DNA of 64,000 bases from positions 61,256,001-61,320,000 of the forward strand of contig CM059430.1 in assembly GCA_030390025.1 (NCBI GenBank), written 5' to 3'. Below, in pieces: positions 61,243-64,000 of the stretch. The notes below the pieces were generated by a model. It was not told the origin of the DNA and made no database searches. It saw only the letters and a program-made list of their open reading frames with translations. The stretch is from Squalus acanthias (taxonomy: Eukaryota). The number at the start of each line of letters is the position of its first letter. The first letter of the stretch is position 1. A program made the position numbers and the translations under genes.

Positions 61243-63006
61243 AACATAAGAAATAGGAGCAGGAGTCGGCCATTCGGCCCCTCGAGCCTGCTCCGCCATT
61301 CAATAAGATCATGGCTGATCTGATCTTGGCCTCAACTCCTTCCCTGGCTGTTCCCCATAACCCTTGACTCCCCTGTAGCTCAAATATCTGTCTATCTCCG
61401 CCTTGAATATATTCACTGACTCAGCCTCCACAGCTCTGTGGGGTAGAGAATTCCAAAGATTCACGACCCTCTGAGAGAAGAAATTCATTCTCATCTCCAT
61501 CTTAAATGGGCGACCCCTTATCCTGAAACTATGCCCCCTAGTTCTAGATTTCCCTGACGAGGGAAAAACATATTCTCAGCATCTACCCTGACAAGCCCCC
61601 TCCGAATTTTATATGTTTCAATAAGATCACCTCTCATTCTTCTAAACTCCAATGAGTATAGGCTTTCATCTCAGGAATCAACCTAGTGAACCTTCGTTGA
61701 ACACCCTCCAATGCAAGTATATCACTCCTTAATTAAGATGACCAAAACTGTACACAGCACTCCAGGTGTGGTCTCACCAATGCCCTGTACATTTTATCCT
61801 CCATCCCCCTAGCCATGAAGGCCAACATTCCAATTGCCTTCCTAATTACTTGTTGTACCTGCATGCTTACTTTTTGTGTTTCATGTATGAGGACACCCAG
61901 ATCCATCTGTACCACAGCATTCTGTAGTCTCGCCCCATTTAAATAATATTTTGCTTTTCTATTCTTCCTACCAAAGTGAATAACCTCACATTTTCCCACA
62001 TTATACTGCATCTGCCAAATTTTTGCCCAGTCAATTAACCTATCTATATCCCCTTGCAGACTCTTTGGGCTGGATTTTTACAGCCCTGGAGAGGTGTGTT
62101 TGGAGGCGGGACTGCCGGGAAAATGGCAGAATTTGGGGGCGGGTGCCCAACCCACCCCCAAACCGCCACCATACCATCTTGCCAGGAAGCGGGTAGCAGT
62201 CCCGCGCCGGGTCCCGTCTCCTTGGATGCGGCAAGGGATTACAGCCACGTAACTGCCATTTAACAGGTAGTTAACAGGCAGAAAATAGGATTATCACCAT
62301 TTTGCCCACACAAGTGTGGGCTTCCCGAAGGCTCCGAAACTCGCCAGGGTCACAGAGGCAAGTAGTGGGACTTCGGGGATCGGAGGGGTCCAAAAGTGTG
62401 CTTTGGAGGTGAGTGATGGGTGCAAGTGTGGAGAAGTGAGTATCTGAGGCAAGTGCAAAGTGTTAGAAAAAGTGTACTTACCTTTTTTTTCTTCCTGCAG
62501 GCTTCAATCAGTGGGTATGCAGAGAGTCTCACACCGCTGCGGTAGAGAGGACAGATGGCCATTGCATTCTCCAATGCAGCAACCATCTAATTTCTACAAA
62601 AGAAAGAGGTTTGATGAGGTCTTGAATTCAAGAACTCATAAAACTACAGAGAATGTCAATGTTTGACAGTTTCACAGAGCTGTCAAACGATGACAATTCA
62701 TCTGGCAAAACATTTTGACAGATGAAACGTCATACGTTGACATTCTCTGTAACCGGCTTTCCCTTAATTGGCCTGCTATGCCCGCTGGGCGGGCTTAACA
62801 AGGTCAATCAAGGGAAAATAGCGTGGGTGGGCCAGAAGTTGATGGAGGCGGGACTGAAACCCGACAAGTGGGAGTCCTGCCTCCAAAAGCACCCCATTGG
62901 CAAAATCCAGGCCTTTGTGTCCTCATCAATACTTGCTTTCCTACCTATCTTTGTATCGTCAGCAAATTTGGCTACAGTACACCCTGTGGCACCCCGCTAG
63001 TTACAG
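61243..63006 (-). mobile_element. CR1 LINE split by a MITE (pieces 61243-62066 and 62914-63006)
   Basis: ORFs 61309-61500 and 61733-62011. Rejoins as gcagactc-TTT-gtgtcctc. Confidence 0.9.
62067..62913. mobile_element. Harbinger-type MITE related to the 38093 element, opposite orientation
   Basis: TIRs gggctggatttt / aaaatccaggcc, TSD TTT. Confidence 0.88.
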
Positions 63007-63094
63007 TATGCCTGAAGGGATAATTACAAGTCCCAGCCCTTTTCGGGCTACCCCAGATCAGGCTTATTCCCCAGACGTTCACCTTCAACTAAAG

Positions 63095-64000
63095 TTTGCA
63101 GGGAAATGGTGTTAGGGAAATTGACGGGATTGAAGGCCGATAAATCCCCAGGGCCTGATAATCTACATCCTAGGGTACTTAAGGAAGTGGCCCTAGAAAT
63201 AGTAGATGCATTGCTGATCATCTTCCAACATTCGATGGAATCTGGAACTGTACCCATGGATTGGAGGGTAGCTAATGTTACCCCACTATTCAAAAAGGGT
63301 GGTAGAGAGAAAGCGGGGAATTACAGACCGGTAAGCCTGACATCGGTAGTGGGGAAAATGCTAGAGTCCATTATAAAGGATGTAATAGCTGAGCACTTGA
63401 AAAACAGTGACAGGATCGGACAAAGTTAACATGGATTTACAAAAGGTAAATCGTGCTTGACTAATCTACTGGAATTTTTTGAGAATGTAACTGGGAAGAT
63501 AGATAAGGGAGAACCAGTAGATGTGGTGTATTTGTACTTTCAAAAGGCTTTCGATAAGGTCCCGCATAAGAGATTAGCGTGTAAAGTTAAGGCACATGGG
63601 ATTGGGGGCAAGGTATTGGCTTGGATAGAGAACTGGTTGGCGGACTGAAAGCAAAGAGTAGGATTAATGGGTCTTTTTCCGAGTGGCAAGCAGTGACTAG
63701 TGGGGTACCGCAGGGATCGGTCCTTGGACCCCAGCTATTCACAACATACATTAATGATCTAGATAAAGGGAACTAAATGTAATATCTCCAAGTTTGCAGA
63801 TGACACAAAGCTGGGTGGCAGTGTGTGCTGCAAGGAGGATACTGAGAAACTCCAGTATGATTTGGACAGGTTGGGAGAGTGGGCAGAAGCGTGGCAGATG
63901 CAATATAACGTGGATACATGTGAGGTTATCCACTTTGGTGTCAAAAACAGAAAGGCAGACTATTATCTGAATGGCAATAGATTGGGAGAAGGGGAAGTGC
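63095..64000 (+). mobile_element. CR1 ORF2 fragment running off the window end
   Basis: KSPGPDNLHPRVLKE, NYRPVSLTSV, FQKAFDKVPH. Same subfamily as 19212-23637. Confidence 0.92.

Noticed and set aside
63010-63075. gtcccagcc...ggc hairpin reminiscent of an HDV-like ribozyme
   Set aside because: No downstream strand to close P2, and P1 pairing is poor.

Overview
Eukaryotic, repeat-dense vertebrate DNA. The repeat inventory (CR1 LINEs with short tandem-repeat tails, Deu-domain SINEs, Harbinger transposons, a Penelope-like element) points to a cartilaginous fish (inference). Host content: the 3' part of an immunoglobulin-superfamily type I membrane protein gene on + (C1 exon 3831-4127, TM exon 6755-6865, tail exon 15562-15764, joined in frame by phase-1 introns) and a broken paralogous C1 exon on - (48475-48746) that the ORF track misses. 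The rest is nested mobile DNA: many CR1 copies (one near full length), three Harbinger elements with a spliced Myb/SANT gene (one also with a frameshifted HARBI1-like nuclease), several Harbinger-type MITE families, and an LTR element remnant. The gag-like frame of that remnant is interrupted by a very young Penelope-like element folded into a ~2.4 kb inverted repeat with a hammerhead motif in each arm. Strongest leads: (1) two different Harbinger-type elements inserted in opposite orientations at the identical nucleotide of two CR1 copies, with a third CR1 copy empty at that site; (2) the Penelope fold-back downstream of an LTR; (3) a symmetric Ig exon bracketed by ~205 bp near-identical direct repeats, one of three locally copied segments at transposon breakpoints. 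All alignments were done by eye, and ends of old repeats are approximate.
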